In this document: positions 48,195 through 58,448 of the stretch, piece after piece
Layout of the letters: every line of letters starts with the position of its first letter
Position numbering within the stretch: position 1 is the stretch's first letter
NCBI GenBank assembly: GCA_031390175.1
Contig: JANMTF010000195.1
Coordinates: forward strand, 12,941-76,940
DNA length: 64,000 nucleotides
Source of the DNA: Polaromonas sp.
GTDB lineage: Bacteria > Pseudomonadota > Gammaproteobacteria > Burkholderiales > Burkholderiaceae_C
Reading direction: 5' to 3'
Position numbers and translations under genes: made by a program
The notes under the pieces: model-generated
Told to the model about the DNA's origin: nothing
What the model saw: only the letters and a program-made list of their open reading frames with translations
Database searches by the model: none

Positions 48195-49883
48195 TCAGTT
48201 CAGTGGTTTGTCGTTATGCAGTTCGCGTACCAGTACCTGCACCGCGCGGGTCCGTGCATCGATGATGGACGATTCAATGTGGTCAGGCGTAACCAAGCGC
48301 CTGGCAAGATCTTGGCCGGCTTTCAAACGGTCCAAAGCGGCCGAGTAGTCCAGCAAAGCCATCCGTGCCTCAGCTTGCGCGCGGATGGCGCGCAGGGGCT
48401 GATTTTTGGCGGTGTAAGCGCCGGCCAGTGCATCCCAGGCAGGCGCATCGTTGGGCCGCCCAACCACCCAGCTTTGTAGACGCTCTATCACTTCGGCTAA
48501 GGTATCGTGTACACCAGATAGCTTGGTCGCTGACTGGGCCCACAGCAGCAAAGCCGCACGCTGTTGCACACGAGCAGGCGCCACGCGCAATGGGCCATTG
48601 GGCACCTGCGCAGCCACATAAGGCAACAATGCGGCCTGTGCTTTGGTGTGGTTGCCCTGAGCCATGGCAATTTCAGCTACTATTAAATCGATAGCTGCTC
48701 TCGCATTATTTTGTTGGGCTAGTGCCGGATTTTTATCACTTTCCAGTAATTGAACTGCGCTGGCAGCCAGACTACTGGCAGTCGACAAATCACGCAGCTT
48801 AAACGCTGCCAAACTGCCCCCATAGAGCTGGCCAATGGCTTGGGCTTGGGTTGCGCGCTGCGGGTTGGCCGTGGAAGTAGCAGTAAGAGTAGCAGGCACA
48901 GTGGCAGCCACGCGGCGCGCCTGCGCCAGCTCTGAGCGCAGCTTGTCTACGCCAGGGTCGGCCAGCAGGCGCGATCGCGTAGCAATGATGGCGTGCTCTA
49001 TGGCCAGCACCTCGTTTTCTTGCGCGGCTGTGGCGCGGCCAGTGGGTTTACTGAGCCCACTGGGCGGGCTCAGTTGCAAGCGGGCCTGCATATCGCCTAT
49101 GCGCTCGCTGGTCAATGGATGCGTGCGCAGGTAGGGAAAACTGCCGTTGTCGTTGATGCGGTTGGCCAAGGCCAGTTTGTCGAACATGCCCACAAAGCCT
49201 TGCACGTCGAATTGCGCGTCTTGCATCACTTGGTAGCCTACGCGGTCAGCTTCGCGCTCCATATCGCGAGAAAAATTAAGCTGCGCTTGCGCACCCACCG
49301 CTTGGCTGCCGGTGATGACCGCATTGGCCACATCGGAATTTTTGCGCGCTGCCAATGCGCCCAAGATCATTGCGCCTAGCAATACCGGTCCCATCTGGTT
49401 TTGCTGCGTCGTCATGCGCGCTATGTGGCGCTGCGTCACATGGCTGAGCTCATGCGCCATCACCGAGGCCAGCTCGTCGCGGTTGGCCACCATGGCGATC
49501 AAACCCAGGTGCACGCCCATATAACCGCCAGGCAGGGCAAAGGCGTTGACCGTGCGGTCACGCGCCAACACCACTTCCCAGGCAAAGCGCTCGGCCAGCT
49601 GGGGCGTGATATCGCCGCGCTGGCGCGCGGTTTGCAGCAAGGGCTGCCAAATGCGCTGCAAATAGTCGGCGATCAAAGGATCGTCCAGATAGTCTGGATC
49701 ACGGTAAATCTCGCGCGCAATACGCTGGCCTAGCTGGCGCTCAGCCGCCACGCTCATCTCTTGCCCATCACCCAGTTGCGGCAAACTGCTTTGGCTGGAT
49801 ACCTGCGTTGGCAGCAAAGCAGACGCTACAAATAAAGTAGCTGCTCCCGCAATACTCCGGAGGGCTAGAGGCCTTTTTTGCAT
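48195..49883 (-). CDS. M48-family periplasmic metalloprotease with TPR-like C-terminal domain (BepA/YfgC-like)
   Basis: HELSHVTQRH (HExxH) lies in a BepA-like context, with LPQLGDG after the signal peptide. It contains two family-1 repeat copies in frame. Confidence 0.85.
   Translation of the reverse strand: MQKRPLALRSIAGAATLFVASALLPTQVSSQSSLPQLGDGQEMSVAAERQLGQRIAREIYRDPDYLDDPLIADYLQRIWQPLLQTARQRGDITPQLAERFAWEVVLARDRTVNAFALPGGYMGVHLGLIAMVANRDELASVMAHELSHVTQRHIARMTTQQNQMGPVLLGAMILGALAARKNSDVANAVITGSQAVGAQAQLNFSRDMEREADRVGYQVMQDAQFDVQGFVGMFDKLALANRINDNGSFPYLRTHPLTSERIGDMQARLQLSPPSGLSKPTGRATAAQENEVLAIEHAIIATRSRLLADPGVDKLRSELAQARRVAATVPATLTATSTANPQRATQAQAIGQLYGGSLAAFKLRDLSTASSLAASAVQLLESDKNPALAQQNNARAAIDLIVAEIAMAQGNHTKAQAALLPYVAAQVPNGPLRVAPARVQQRAALLLWAQSATKLSGVHDTLAEVIERLQSWVVGRPNDAPAWDALAGAYTAKNQPLRAIRAQAEARMALLDYSAALDRLKAGQDLARRLVTPDHIESSIIDARTRAVQVLVRELHNDKPLN
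48679..48737 (+). repeat. Family-1 dispersed element copy inside the M48 protease CDS
   Basis: ACTATTAAATCGATAGCTGCTCTCGCATTATTTTGTTGGGCTAGTGCCGGATTTTTATC. The host (minus-strand) frame reads DKNPALAQQNNARAAIDLIVAE. Confidence 0.75.
49828..49880 (+). repeat. Family-1 dispersed element copy forming the 5' end of the M48 protease CDS
   Basis: ACAAATAAAGTAGCTGCTCCCGCAATACTCCGGAGGGCTAGAGGCCTTTTTTG. The host frame reads MQKRPLALRSIAGAATLFVA. Confidence 0.8.
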
Positions 49884-50093
49884 GTAAATACAATCAATAC
49901 AAATGGATGGATAAACAAACTACGGCTTAAGATGAGCACACCGATACAAGCCCTGTCACTGCCAGATTTAATGCAAAATATGCACCGCTAGTCTGCACGC
50001 CGCCTTTCCAGAGATTTCCTGCGCCGGACATACGCTTATGATGCCAAGTAAAGATAAAGGTTGCGTAAAGAGATGTTGAAGGTAACAAACAAT

Positions 50094-50603
50094 ATGCCAC
50101 ATAACGGTTTAACGCATTTTGACCAATCTGGTCACGCCCATATGGTTGACGTGGCGGACAAGCCTGCTACGCGGCGCGTGGCGGTGGCCCAAGGCTGCAT
50201 TGTGATGCAGGCCGCCACCTTGGCGCTGATTGAGTCTGGCAGCGCTAAAAAGGGCGATGTGCTGGGAATTGCGCGCATTGCGGGTATCCAGGCTGCCAAA
50301 AAAACCAGCGATCTGATCCCTCTGTGCCATCCGCTGGCTTTGACCCGGGTCGCTATAGAGTTTTCCGCAGATCGGGGCACAGCGTCGCAAGCACAGGCGG
50401 TTCCCACCGTCACCTGCACCGCTACGGTAGAAACCGTAGGCCCTACCGGCGTAGAGATGGAGGCGCTGTGCGCCGCCAGTGTGGCTTTGCTGACGATTTA
50501 CGATATGTGCAAAGCCGTTGACCGCGGTATGACGGTGCACAGCCTGCGCTTGGTGGAAAAGCATGGCGGAAAATCGGGCAGTTTTGTGGCCGGCGCGCCT
50601 TAA
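50094..50603 (+). CDS. moaC: Cyclic pyranopterin monophosphate synthase
   Basis: [27 protein letters not shown]...[30 protein letters not shown]. An upstream ATG at 50073 is an alternative start. Confidence 0.9.
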   Translation: MPHNGLTHFDQSGHAHMVDVADKPATRRVAVAQGCIVMQAATLALIESGSAKKGDVLGIARIAGIQAAKKTSDLIPLCHPLALTRVAIEFSADRGTASQAQAVPTVTCTATVETVGPTGVEMEALCAASVALLTIYDMCKAVDRGMTVHSLRLVEKHGGKSGSFVAGAP

Positions 50604-50630
50604 TCGCGCAAGGGTGCAGACACCCGGCCC

Positions 50631-53396
50631 TTATCCAAACACCGCCACCCAAAGCGCACTCACCGCTGCCCGCTCAGTCTCCAGCGCGGCTGTATCGAGC
50701 TGGGTAGGCACTTCGTTCAGGCGCGCCAAATGCTGCGCTTGACGCAGGGCGCGGTAAGCGGCGGCGGCATTCTCTCCCACGCCGGATGGCAACAAGCCGT
50801 GCAGCTCTGCGCGTTGCAGCAAAGCGATATTGCCTACGTTATCGCGCAATGCAGGCTGCGCCTGTGCATGGGCAAGCACCAGGTACTGCACCACAAACTC
50901 GACATCCACCATGCCGCCCGGGCTGTGCTTCACGTCAAACTGGTCTGGCGGCACGCGGTGCGCGGCGCGCACTTTGTCGCGCATCGCCAAAATCTCCTGG
51001 GCTAAGGCCGCAGCATCGCGCGGTGCGCACAGCACCGCCGTGCGTACCGCCTCAAACCGCGCCCGCAATGGCGCATCCCCCAGCACACAGCGCGCACGGG
51101 TCATCGCCTGGTGCTCCCACACCCAGGCGGTGTTGCTGCCGCGCTGGGTTTGGTAATCTTCAAACGCCGCCATGGTGGTGACCAACAAGCCCGAGCCACC
51201 ATTGGGCCGCAGCGCGGTGTCAATCTCGTACAAATCGCCCTCCGAGGTTTTGACGGAAAGCCAGGCAATCAGCTTGCGCACCAAGGCAGCGTAGGCCATG
51301 CCCGCGTTGTCGTGCGCATCGTCATACACGAAGACAATGTCCAGATCACTGCCATAGCCCAGCTCTTTGCCTCCCAGCTTGCCGTAGGCGATGATGGCAA
51401 ACTGCGATTGCTCCGCATGGCGGTTTTTTAACCTCGCCCAGCACCAACGGGCGGTGGTTTGCAGCACGCTGTCTGCCAGTGCGCTGAGCTCATCAGCCAC
51501 TTGCTCTACCGTAGCGCGGCCTTCTACATCGCGCACCAAAATGCGAAACACCTCGGCATGCTGGGCGCGGCGCAGCAGCAGCATCAAAGCCTCATCGTCG
51601 TCTTGGCCACTGCGGTGCAAAGCATCTGCACGGCCTTGAAGCTCAGATTCAAACTGTGCGGGATCAAAGCGTTCATACAGCACAGCGTCGCTGGCCAACT
51701 CGTCCACCACGCCTGGGTGCGTCATCAGGTAGCGGGCAGGCCACCGGGCGGTGCCCAGGACGCGCAGCAAGCGTTCATGCACCTGGGGGCGCTCCAGCAG
51801 CAAAGAAAGATAGCTTTCGCGGCGCAGCAGGGGCTCGATCCAGTCCGCTATGCGCACCGCAGCGTCTTCACTGATTTTTTTCTCGGTCAACCATTGGCCT
51901 GTGCGCCGCACCAATCGCTGCAAACGTTCTAGCGACGCATCACTCAGCGCCAGCACGCGGGGGTGCTCGCGCCACAAGGCCACACGCTCACGAAAACGTG
52001 CTGGCAAGCCTTCGAGCAGTTGCTCCAGCGTATCGACCGGGGTGTTGCCCGGCCCACAATTCTCACAAGTTTGGGTGTTGCCCAGTAAACGGTCAAACTC
52101 TGTCGCCACGGCTTCACGGTGCGCGTCCAAGGCCGACAAAAATGGACCGCTGTCCTCGTAGCCCATGCTGCGCGCCAGCCATGCCAAATCGGCCTCGTCG
52201 GTGGGCACCACATGGGTTTGCTGGTCGTCCAGGTACTGGATGCGGTGCTCCACCCGGCGCAAGAATACATAGGCCTGTGCCAGCGCAGTCGCCGTGGCCT
52301 GCGGCATCAGGCCTGCAGTCGCTACGCGCAGCAATGCATCCAGCGTAGCGCGGGTGCGCAGCTCCGGGAACTGGCCGCCGCGCACCACCTGCAAAAGCTG
52401 CACGGTAAACTCAATCTCACGGATACCGCCGCGCGAGAGCTTGATGTCATTCGCCCGCTCCGGCCTGCCCGCTGCACGCTTGCTGGCATGGTCGCGGATT
52501 TGCCGGTGCAGCACACGCAAAGCGTCAAATACGTTGTAATCGAGATACTTACGGAACACAAAGGGCAATACCACTTGGCGCAGCGCGACTGCCGAAGCCA
52601 AGGCCCTGGCAGGCGCGACCACGCGGCTTTTGAGCCAGGCAAAGCGCTCCCACTCGCGCCCATGGGCCACCAGGTAGTCTTCTAAAGCGCCCAAGGACAC
52701 GGCGCTGGGCCCCGAGTTACCATGGGGGCGCAGCGCCAAATCGACCCGGAACACAAAGCCGTGCTCGGTGGTGTCGGCAAGCCATGTGCTGATGCTGCGT
52801 ACCACTTTGGCAAAGTACTCGTGGTTGCTGATGCGGCCTCGGCCTAGCGCGCTGCCAGCGGTCTCGCCGTCTTCCTCGTACACGTAGATCAAGTCAATAT
52901 CGCTCGATACGTTGAGCTCATGGGCGCCCAGCTTGCCCATGCCTACCACCCAAAACGCCACGCGTTGGCCGGTGACAGACAGCGGTGCGCCGTGCACAGC
53001 GTCCAAAGCCTGCATGGACTGGGTGCAAGCGGTATCCAGCGCAAACTCGGCCAGCGTCGTCATGGCCGTGGTGATCTCGGCCAAAGCGCCATGCGCGTCG
53101 CAGTCGCGCACCGTCAAGCGCTCCAGCACCAAGGCCCGCGTGATGCGCAGGCTCGCCGATGGCTCCAAGCCGCTGTGCACCAACTGGTCATAGCACACGT
53201 TTAAGGTGCTAAGGGTGAGGCCTGTGGTGGGTAAAAAAGCCAAAAATGGTGCATACCGATGCCGCACTCTCTGGGCGTAGCGTGGGTAGTCCGAGCTATT
53301 GGGAGTGCCAGAAAGCGGTACGGGCGGACAAGAAAGCCCTTCGCTACACAAAACTTCACATTCTTGCGGCGAACTGGGGCTTGCATCACGGGTCAT
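50631..53396 (-). CDS. glnE: Bifunctional glutamine synthetase adenylyltransferase / adenylyl-removing enzyme
   Basis: Two nucleotidyltransferase modules are present (VVGMGKLGAHELNVSSDIDLIYVY and IIAYGKLGGKELGYGSDLDIVFVY). The start is placed at MTRDASP. The tracked 1300-aa ORF extends about 380 codons further, antisense to the YhdP-like gene. Confidence 0.88.
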   Translation of the reverse strand: MTRDASPSSPQECEVLCSEGLSCPPVPLSGTPNSSDYPRYAQRVRHRYAPFLAFLPTTGLTLSTLNVCYDQLVHSGLEPSASLRITRALVLERLTVRDCDAHGALAEITTAMTTLAEFALDTACTQSMQALDAVHGAPLSVTGQRVAFWVVGMGKLGAHELNVSSDIDLIYVYEEDGETAGSALGRGRISNHEYFAKVVRSISTWLADTTEHGFVFRVDLALRPHGNSGPSAVSLGALEDYLVAHGREWERFAWLKSRVVAPARALASAVALRQVVLPFVFRKYLDYNVFDALRVLHRQIRDHASKRAAGRPERANDIKLSRGGIREIEFTVQLLQVVRGGQFPELRTRATLDALLRVATAGLMPQATATALAQAYVFLRRVEHRIQYLDDQQTHVVPTDEADLAWLARSMGYEDSGPFLSALDAHREAVATEFDRLLGNTQTCENCGPGNTPVDTLEQLLEGLPARFRERVALWREHPRVLALSDASLERLQRLVRRTGQWLTEKKISEDAAVRIADWIEPLLRRESYLSLLLERPQVHERLLRVLGTARWPARYLMTHPGVVDELASDAVLYERFDPAQFESELQGRADALHRSGQDDDEALMLLLRRAQHAEVFRILVRDVEGRATVEQVADELSALADSVLQTTARWCWARLKNRHAEQSQFAIIAYGKLGGKELGYGSDLDIVFVYDDAHDNAGMAYAALVRKLIAWLSVKTSEGDLYEIDTALRPNGGSGLLVTTMAAFEDYQTQRGSNTAWVWEHQAMTRARCVLGDAPLRARFEAVRTAVLCAPRDAAALAQEILAMRDKVRAAHRVPPDQFDVKHSPGGMVDVEFVVQYLVLAHAQAQPALRDNVGNIALLQRAELHGLLPSGVGENAAAAYRALRQAQHLARLNEVPTQLDTAALETERAAVSALWVAVFG

Positions 53397-53418
53397 AATT
53401 CCAACTATCTTCTGTACC

Positions 53419-56400
53419 ATGTCCGAATTGTCACCCCATCCACCCGCTGCTAGCGCCGCGCCACTGCCCGAGCCGCCCGCCCACATGTCCTCGCGCCGTT
53501 TGCGCTGGGCCAGCCGCGCTATGGCACTGGTGTGGTGGCTGGTGTTGGCCGCAGCCATTGTCTTTGGCCTGTCTTGGATTGCACTGCATGGCCTGATTGT
53601 GCCGCGAATCGGCGAACTGCGCCCAACCCTGGAAAGCCGCCTCAGCCAAATCATAGGGGTGCCCGTGCGTATTGGCGCGATCACAGCCCAATCGCATACG
53701 TTGGTGCCTTCGTTTGAACTGCAGGACGTGCGCCTGCTCGACAGCGCGGGGCGCGATGCTTTGGTGCTCAAAAAAGTAACCGCAGCACTGTCTCCACGCT
53801 CGCTGGCCAGTCTGGGCTTTGAGCAACTGGTCATTGACCAGCCAGAACTGGACATTCGGCGTACCGCGCAAGGGCGTATTTTGGTGGCCGGGCTGGACAT
53901 GTCAGCCAGCAAAGACGAAGAAAACAACCAAGACGCAGCGCATTGGTTTTTCCAGCAACGTGAGTTTGTGATTCGCTCGGGTACGGTACGTTGGACGGAT
54001 GAGATGCGCGGCGCACCGCCGCTAGCGCTGAGCCAAGTGGATTTCGTTTTGCGCAACCCTGGGCGCCAGCATCTATTTCGCCTAGACGCCACGCCTGCTC
54101 CTGCTTGGGGCGAGCGCTTCAAAATTGTTGGCAATACCCGCAGCCCTCTCACCGGTTCCCATGCGGGAAAATGGCAAGATTGGGAAGGCGAGCTGTTTGC
54201 CGACTTTTCTCGCATAGATGTCTCCCAGCTCAAGCCGTACGCCGATGTGGGTATAGACATCACGCGCGGTGCGGGCGCACTGCGCGCTTGGGCTACCCTC
54301 AGCCAAGGGCAGCTCACCGCCGCTACTGCCGATGTGGCTTTGAGGCAGGTGGATGTCCGCTTGGCCAAGGACTTGCAGCCTATCGCCATGCAGTCGGTCA
54401 GTGGCCGCTTGGCCGGGCAAACCGTGGCGGGTGGTATTCGCTTTGCAACCGAAGGCTTGGCTTTTCGTACCCAAGACGGCATCCAATGGCCGGGCGGCAA
54501 TGTGAGCTTCTTGCAAACCGGGCAAGAAGGCAAGGTGCAAGCCTATGGAGAACTCAAAGCCGACCGGCTCGACCTCGCCGCGCTGGCGCAAATTGCCGAT
54601 CGTTTGCCGGTAGGTACCGCCACCCACAGTTTGATTCGCAGCCTGGCTCCCAAAGGTTTGGTCAGTACATTGCAAGCCAGTTGGCAAGGCCATATCAGCG
54701 AGCCTCGCCGTTACGAAGCACAAGGGCGCGTGCAAGGCTTGAGCGTGGCATCGCAACGCGCACCGACTACGCCGCAAGCCATTGAACAGCTGGGTACGAG
54801 CACGCTTGCACTAGTGCAGCAAACCCGGCCTGGTGTGCGTGGCGCTGCGGTCGATTTCAAGCTGAACCAAACTGGCGGCGATGCCAAATTGGTGATTACC
54901 AACGGGGCGGTAGACTTACCCGGCGCGTTGGAAGACCCTGTGGTGCTGCTCGACAGTTTGAGTGCCGATGCCAAATGGGTATTGGACAACGGGAAAATTG
55001 ATCTTAAGTTGGACAAAATTCAGTTTGCCAACGCCGATGCCCAAGGCATCGCCCAAGCCCATTGGCACACGGCAGATCCCGACCAGAGCCGTGCCAAATC
55101 ACGCTTTCCTGGTGTGCTCGACTTGCAGGGCACCTTGTCCCGCGGTGATGGCACCAAGATATCGCGCTATCTGCCCTTTGTGATAGGCAAAGCCGCGCGT
55201 GACTATGTGCGCGAAGCCGTGGTGCAGGGGCGTGTGAGTTCTGCCAAATTCACTATCAAGGGCGATTTGTTTGACATGCCGTTTGCCGACCCCAAACTGG
55301 GCGAGTTTCGCATTGCAGCCCAAGTGGTCGATGCCCGCTTTGCCTACGTGCCTAAATCTATCCAGCCCTCAGGTACCTTGCCATGGCCTGTGCTAAACCA
55401 AATGAACGGTGAGCTGGTATTTGATCGCACATCCTTGGCTGTCAATGCCGCCTCTGGCCGCTTTGGTGACAATAACAGCCTGCAAATTGTCCGAGCTGAC
55501 GCGCGTATTCCAGATCTGTCCATCACGCCCACCATCATCGTAAACGCCGATGCGCGGGGTACCGGCAGCGATATGCTGGCCGTCGTCAATGGTTCGCCCC
55601 TTTTGGGCATTACCAACCAAAGTTTGGCTAAAACTACCGCCACTGGCAACGCCGATATCCAACTCAATCTCAATTTGCCTTTGTTTAACTTAGAGCGCTC
55701 TAAAGTACTGGGCAGCATTACTCTGGCAGGCAATGACGTGCAAATTACCCCTGAAAGCCCCCTGCTCGCTCGCGCTAAGGGCTTGGTGACTTTCAACGAG
55801 TCCGGATTTGCCATCCAAGGCGCACAAGCCAGCTTGCTGGGCGGCGATATGCGCCTGGAGGGTGGCACGCAAAGTAATGCCGGGCCTGACGATGCGGGCT
55901 TGGTGTTCAAAGCCCACGGCACAGTTACCGCGGAAGCGTTGCGTCAAGCCAAAGAATTGGGTTTTGTCTCGCGTTTAGGCCAAAGCGCCACGGGCAGTGC
56001 GGCATATGCTGCGGTTTTGAGTTTTCGCAAAGGCCTGCCCGAGCTGTCCATCACCAGCAATCTGCAAGGCATGGCACTGAGTTTCCCGCCCCCACTGAAC
56101 AAACCGGCGGAGACGGTGCTGGCGCTGCGCTACGAAAATAACTTGCTACGCGAGTCATTGGCCGCCGGGCAAAAACTGCAGGACCAAATTCTGGTGGACA
56201 TAGGCAACATAGCCTCTATCGTGTATGTGCGTGACATCTCAGGTGCAGAGCCTCGGGTACTGCGCGGCGGCATCGGTGTGGGTCTGAGCCAAGGCGAAAC
56301 TACGCCGTATACCGAAGATGCTGTGATCGCCAACATCAATTTTGCGCAGGTGAATCTTGACGCTTGGCGAAAGGCTCTGAGCAGCACAACAGGTGCCAGT

Positions 56401-57609
56401 CTAGGCCCAGCAAATTTGGCACCGGATAACACCACCAGCAGCAGCGCCGTCAGCGGCTATATGCCCAGCATCGTTGGTGTGCGAGCGCGCGAGCTTACCA
56501 TAGAGGGGCGCACTTTGAACAATGTGGTGGTGGGCGGCTCGCGCGAAGGTTTGACCTGGCGTGCTAACCTGGATGCACGTGAGCTCAACGGCTATGTGGA
56601 GTACCACCAGCCCAGTGGCAACAACCCCGGGCGTGTCTACGCCCGCTTGGCAAGATTGACGATTGCGCAGGCTGGCGCCAATGAGATTGAGGCCACCTTG
56701 AGCGAGCAACCTACCGCCATCCCTGCTCTGGACATCGTGGTGGAGGATCTCGAACTGCGTGGCAAGAAATTCGGTCGGGTTGAAGTAGAAGCCGTCAACC
56801 GTGGGATTTCTGCAGCGGCGCGCGAAGGCGCTGTGCGTGAATGGCGTTTGAATAAACTCAATGTCACCCTGCCAGAAGCCCAACTCACCGCTACCGGGAA
56901 CTGGATCGCTCTAGGAACCAATCCTCTGGAAGGTAGAGCTAGCCAGCGCAGACGAACCGTCATGAACTTTAAACTGGCCATTGCCGACTCGGGTGAGCTG
57001 CTCAAACGTTTGGGCATGGAGAAAACAGTGGCCCAAGGCAAGGGCGCAATGGAGGGCCAAGTGTCGTGGCTCGGATCACCTTTGGCCTTGGACTACCCCA
57101 GTTTGAGCGGCAACTTTAATGTCAATATTGAAGAAGGTCGGTTCCTTAAAGTTGAGCCTGGTCTAGGCAAACTGTTAGGCGTATTAAGCTTGCAGTCGCT
57201 GCCGCGCAGACTTACGCTGGATTTTCGTGATGTATTCAGCGATGGTTTTTCGTTTGACTTTATCCGCGGTGACGTCAGATTAGAACAAGGCATCGCGATT
57301 ACCAATAATCTGCAAATGAAGGGTATTAACGCCGCGGTACTAATGGAAGGCCGCGCCGATATTGCCAAAGAGACCCAAGACCTGCGCGTGGTGGTGGTGC
57401 CTGAGATCAATGCTGGAACCGCTTCGTTGATTGCCGCCGTGATCAATCCCGCCATTGGTTTGGGCACCTTTTTAGCGCAGTTGCTTTTGCGCCGCCCCTT
57501 GCTGGAGGCTGCAACCCAAGAGTACCGTGTTGATGGAACCTGGACAGAGCCTAAGTTCACCAAAGTCAGTAAAAAAACAAGTCTCCCCGCTTCAGAGTTG
57601 TCACAATAG
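53419..57609 (+). CDS. YhdP-family (AsmA-like, DUF3971-containing) giant envelope protein
   Basis: Start at MSELSPH. It has an N-terminal TM anchor ALVWWLVLAAAIVFGLSWIALHG and is about 1396 aa. The C-terminus GKLLGVLSLQSLPRRLTLDFRDVFSDGFSFD...EINAGTASL is typical of YhdP. Confidence 0.8.
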   Translation: MSELSPHPPAASAAPLPEPPAHMSSRRLRWASRAMALVWWLVLAAAIVFGLSWIALHGLIVPRIGELRPTLESRLSQIIGVPVRIGAITAQSHTLVPSFELQDVRLLDSAGRDALVLKKVTAALSPRSLASLGFEQLVIDQPELDIRRTAQGRILVAGLDMSASKDEENNQDAAHWFFQQREFVIRSGTVRWTDEMRGAPPLALSQVDFVLRNPGRQHLFRLDATPAPAWGERFKIVGNTRSPLTGSHAGKWQDWEGELFADFSRIDVSQLKPYADVGIDITRGAGALRAWATLSQGQLTAATADVALRQVDVRLAKDLQPIAMQSVSGRLAGQTVAGGIRFATEGLAFRTQDGIQWPGGNVSFLQTGQEGKVQAYGELKADRLDLAALAQIADRLPVGTATHSLIRSLAPKGLVSTLQASWQGHISEPRRYEAQGRVQGLSVASQRAPTTPQAIEQLGTSTLALVQQTRPGVRGAAVDFKLNQTGGDAKLVITNGAVDLPGALEDPVVLLDSLSADAKWVLDNGKIDLKLDKIQFANADAQGIAQAHWHTADPDQSRAKSRFPGVLDLQGTLSRGDGTKISRYLPFVIGKAARDYVREAVVQGRVSSAKFTIKGDLFDMPFADPKLGEFRIAAQVVDARFAYVPKSIQPSGTLPWPVLNQMNGELVFDRTSLAVNAASGRFGDNNSLQIVRADARIPDLSITPTIIVNADARGTGSDMLAVVNGSPLLGITNQSLAKTTATGNADIQLNLNLPLFNLERSKVLGSITLAGNDVQITPESPLLARAKGLVTFNESGFAIQGAQASLLGGDMRLEGGTQSNAGPDDAGLVFKAHGTVTAEALRQAKELGFVSRLGQSATGSAAYAAVLSFRKGLPELSITSNLQGMALSFPPPLNKPAETVLALRYENNLLRESLAAGQKLQDQILVDIGNIASIVYVRDISGAEPRVLRGGIGVGLSQGETTPYTEDAVIANINFAQVNLDAWRKALSSTTGASLGPANLAPDNTTSSSAVSGYMPSIVGVRARELTIEGRTLNNVVVGGSREGLTWRANLDARELNGYVEYHQPSGNNPGRVYARLARLTIAQAGANEIEATLSEQPTAIPALDIVVEDLELRGKKFGRVEVEAVNRGISAAAREGAVREWRLNKLNVTLPEAQLTATGNWIALGTNPLEGRASQRRRTVMNFKLAIADSGELLKRLGMEKTVAQGKGAMEGQVSWLGSPLALDYPSLSGNFNVNIEEGRFLKVEPGLGKLLGVLSLQSLPRRLTLDFRDVFSDGFSFDFIRGDVRLEQGIAITNNLQMKGINAAVLMEGRADIAKETQDLRVVVVPEINAGTASLIAAVINPAIGLGTFLAQLLLRRPLLEAATQEYRVDGTWTEPKFTKVSKKTSLPASELSQ

Positions 57610-57614
57610 GCCGT

Positions 57615-58448
57615 ATGAAAGTTGCCGCCATCCAAATGGTCTCGTGCTTGCAGGTTGATACCAACCTGCAAAGGGCTGAGGCGCTGGTGCAAGAAGCCGC
57701 CTCCCAAGGTGCAGAGCTGGTGGTGTTGCCTGAGTATTTTTGTGCGCTCGGCCAGCGCGATACCGATAAACTGATCATGCAAGAACAAGATGGCACCGGG
57801 CCGATTCAGCAGTTTTTAGCCGATGCTGCCAAGCGCCACGGCGTTTGGCTGGTGGGCGGCACGATGCCAGTGTCCACTTCGCAAGCGGCCAAGGTGCGCA
57901 ACAGCTGCTTGGTGTTTAGCCCCCAGGGCAAGCAAATAGCCCGCTACGACAAAATTCATCTGTTTGCATTTGACAATGGCACCGAGCGCTACGACGAATC
58001 CCGCGTGCTCGAACCTGGCGATACACCGGTCTGCTTTAGTCTGCCCTCGCGCGACGGCCATGCCTGGCGTGTGGGCCTGAGCGTGTGCTACGACCTGCGC
58101 TTTGCAGCGCTGTACCAGATGCTTCAAGCCGATGTGCTGCTGGTGCCCAGTGCCTTTACCCACACCACAGGGCAGGCCCACTGGGAGGTGCTGCTGCGCG
58201 CCCGCGCTATTGAAAACCTGGCCTACGTGGTAGCCCCCGCACAAGGCGGCGTACACGCCAATGGGAGGCGTACTTGGGGCCACTCGATGGTGGTGAATGC
58301 CTGGGGCCGGGTATTGGCCGAACGAGCAGAAGGTGAGGGCGTGGTGATAGCCGATATGTCCATGCCTGAACTCGTTATGCAGCGCAAGCAGCTGCCTGCC
58401 TTAGCGCACAGAAAACCCTTGCCTCCCGCCATGCCTGCATTCCAATGA
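57615..58448 (+). CDS. Carbon-nitrogen hydrolase (nitrilase superfamily) protein
   Basis: MKVAAIQM...ELVVLPEYF...KIHLF...GLSVCYDLRF covers the Glu-Lys-Cys catalytic-triad context. Confidence 0.85.
   Translation: MKVAAIQMVSCLQVDTNLQRAEALVQEAASQGAELVVLPEYFCALGQRDTDKLIMQEQDGTGPIQQFLADAAKRHGVWLVGGTMPVSTSQAAKVRNSCLVFSPQGKQIARYDKIHLFAFDNGTERYDESRVLEPGDTPVCFSLPSRDGHAWRVGLSVCYDLRFAALYQMLQADVLLVPSAFTHTTGQAHWEVLLRARAIENLAYVVAPAQGGVHANGRRTWGHSMVVNAWGRVLAERAEGEGVVIADMSMPELVMQRKQLPALAHRKPLPPAMPAFQ

Noticed and set aside
50631-54533. A 1300-aa ORF on the minus strand
   Set aside because: Only the C-terminal ~921 aa are GlnE-like. The N-terminal ~380 codons are a stop-free antisense shadow of the YhdP-like gene in GC-rich DNA. 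I truncated it to 50631..53396.
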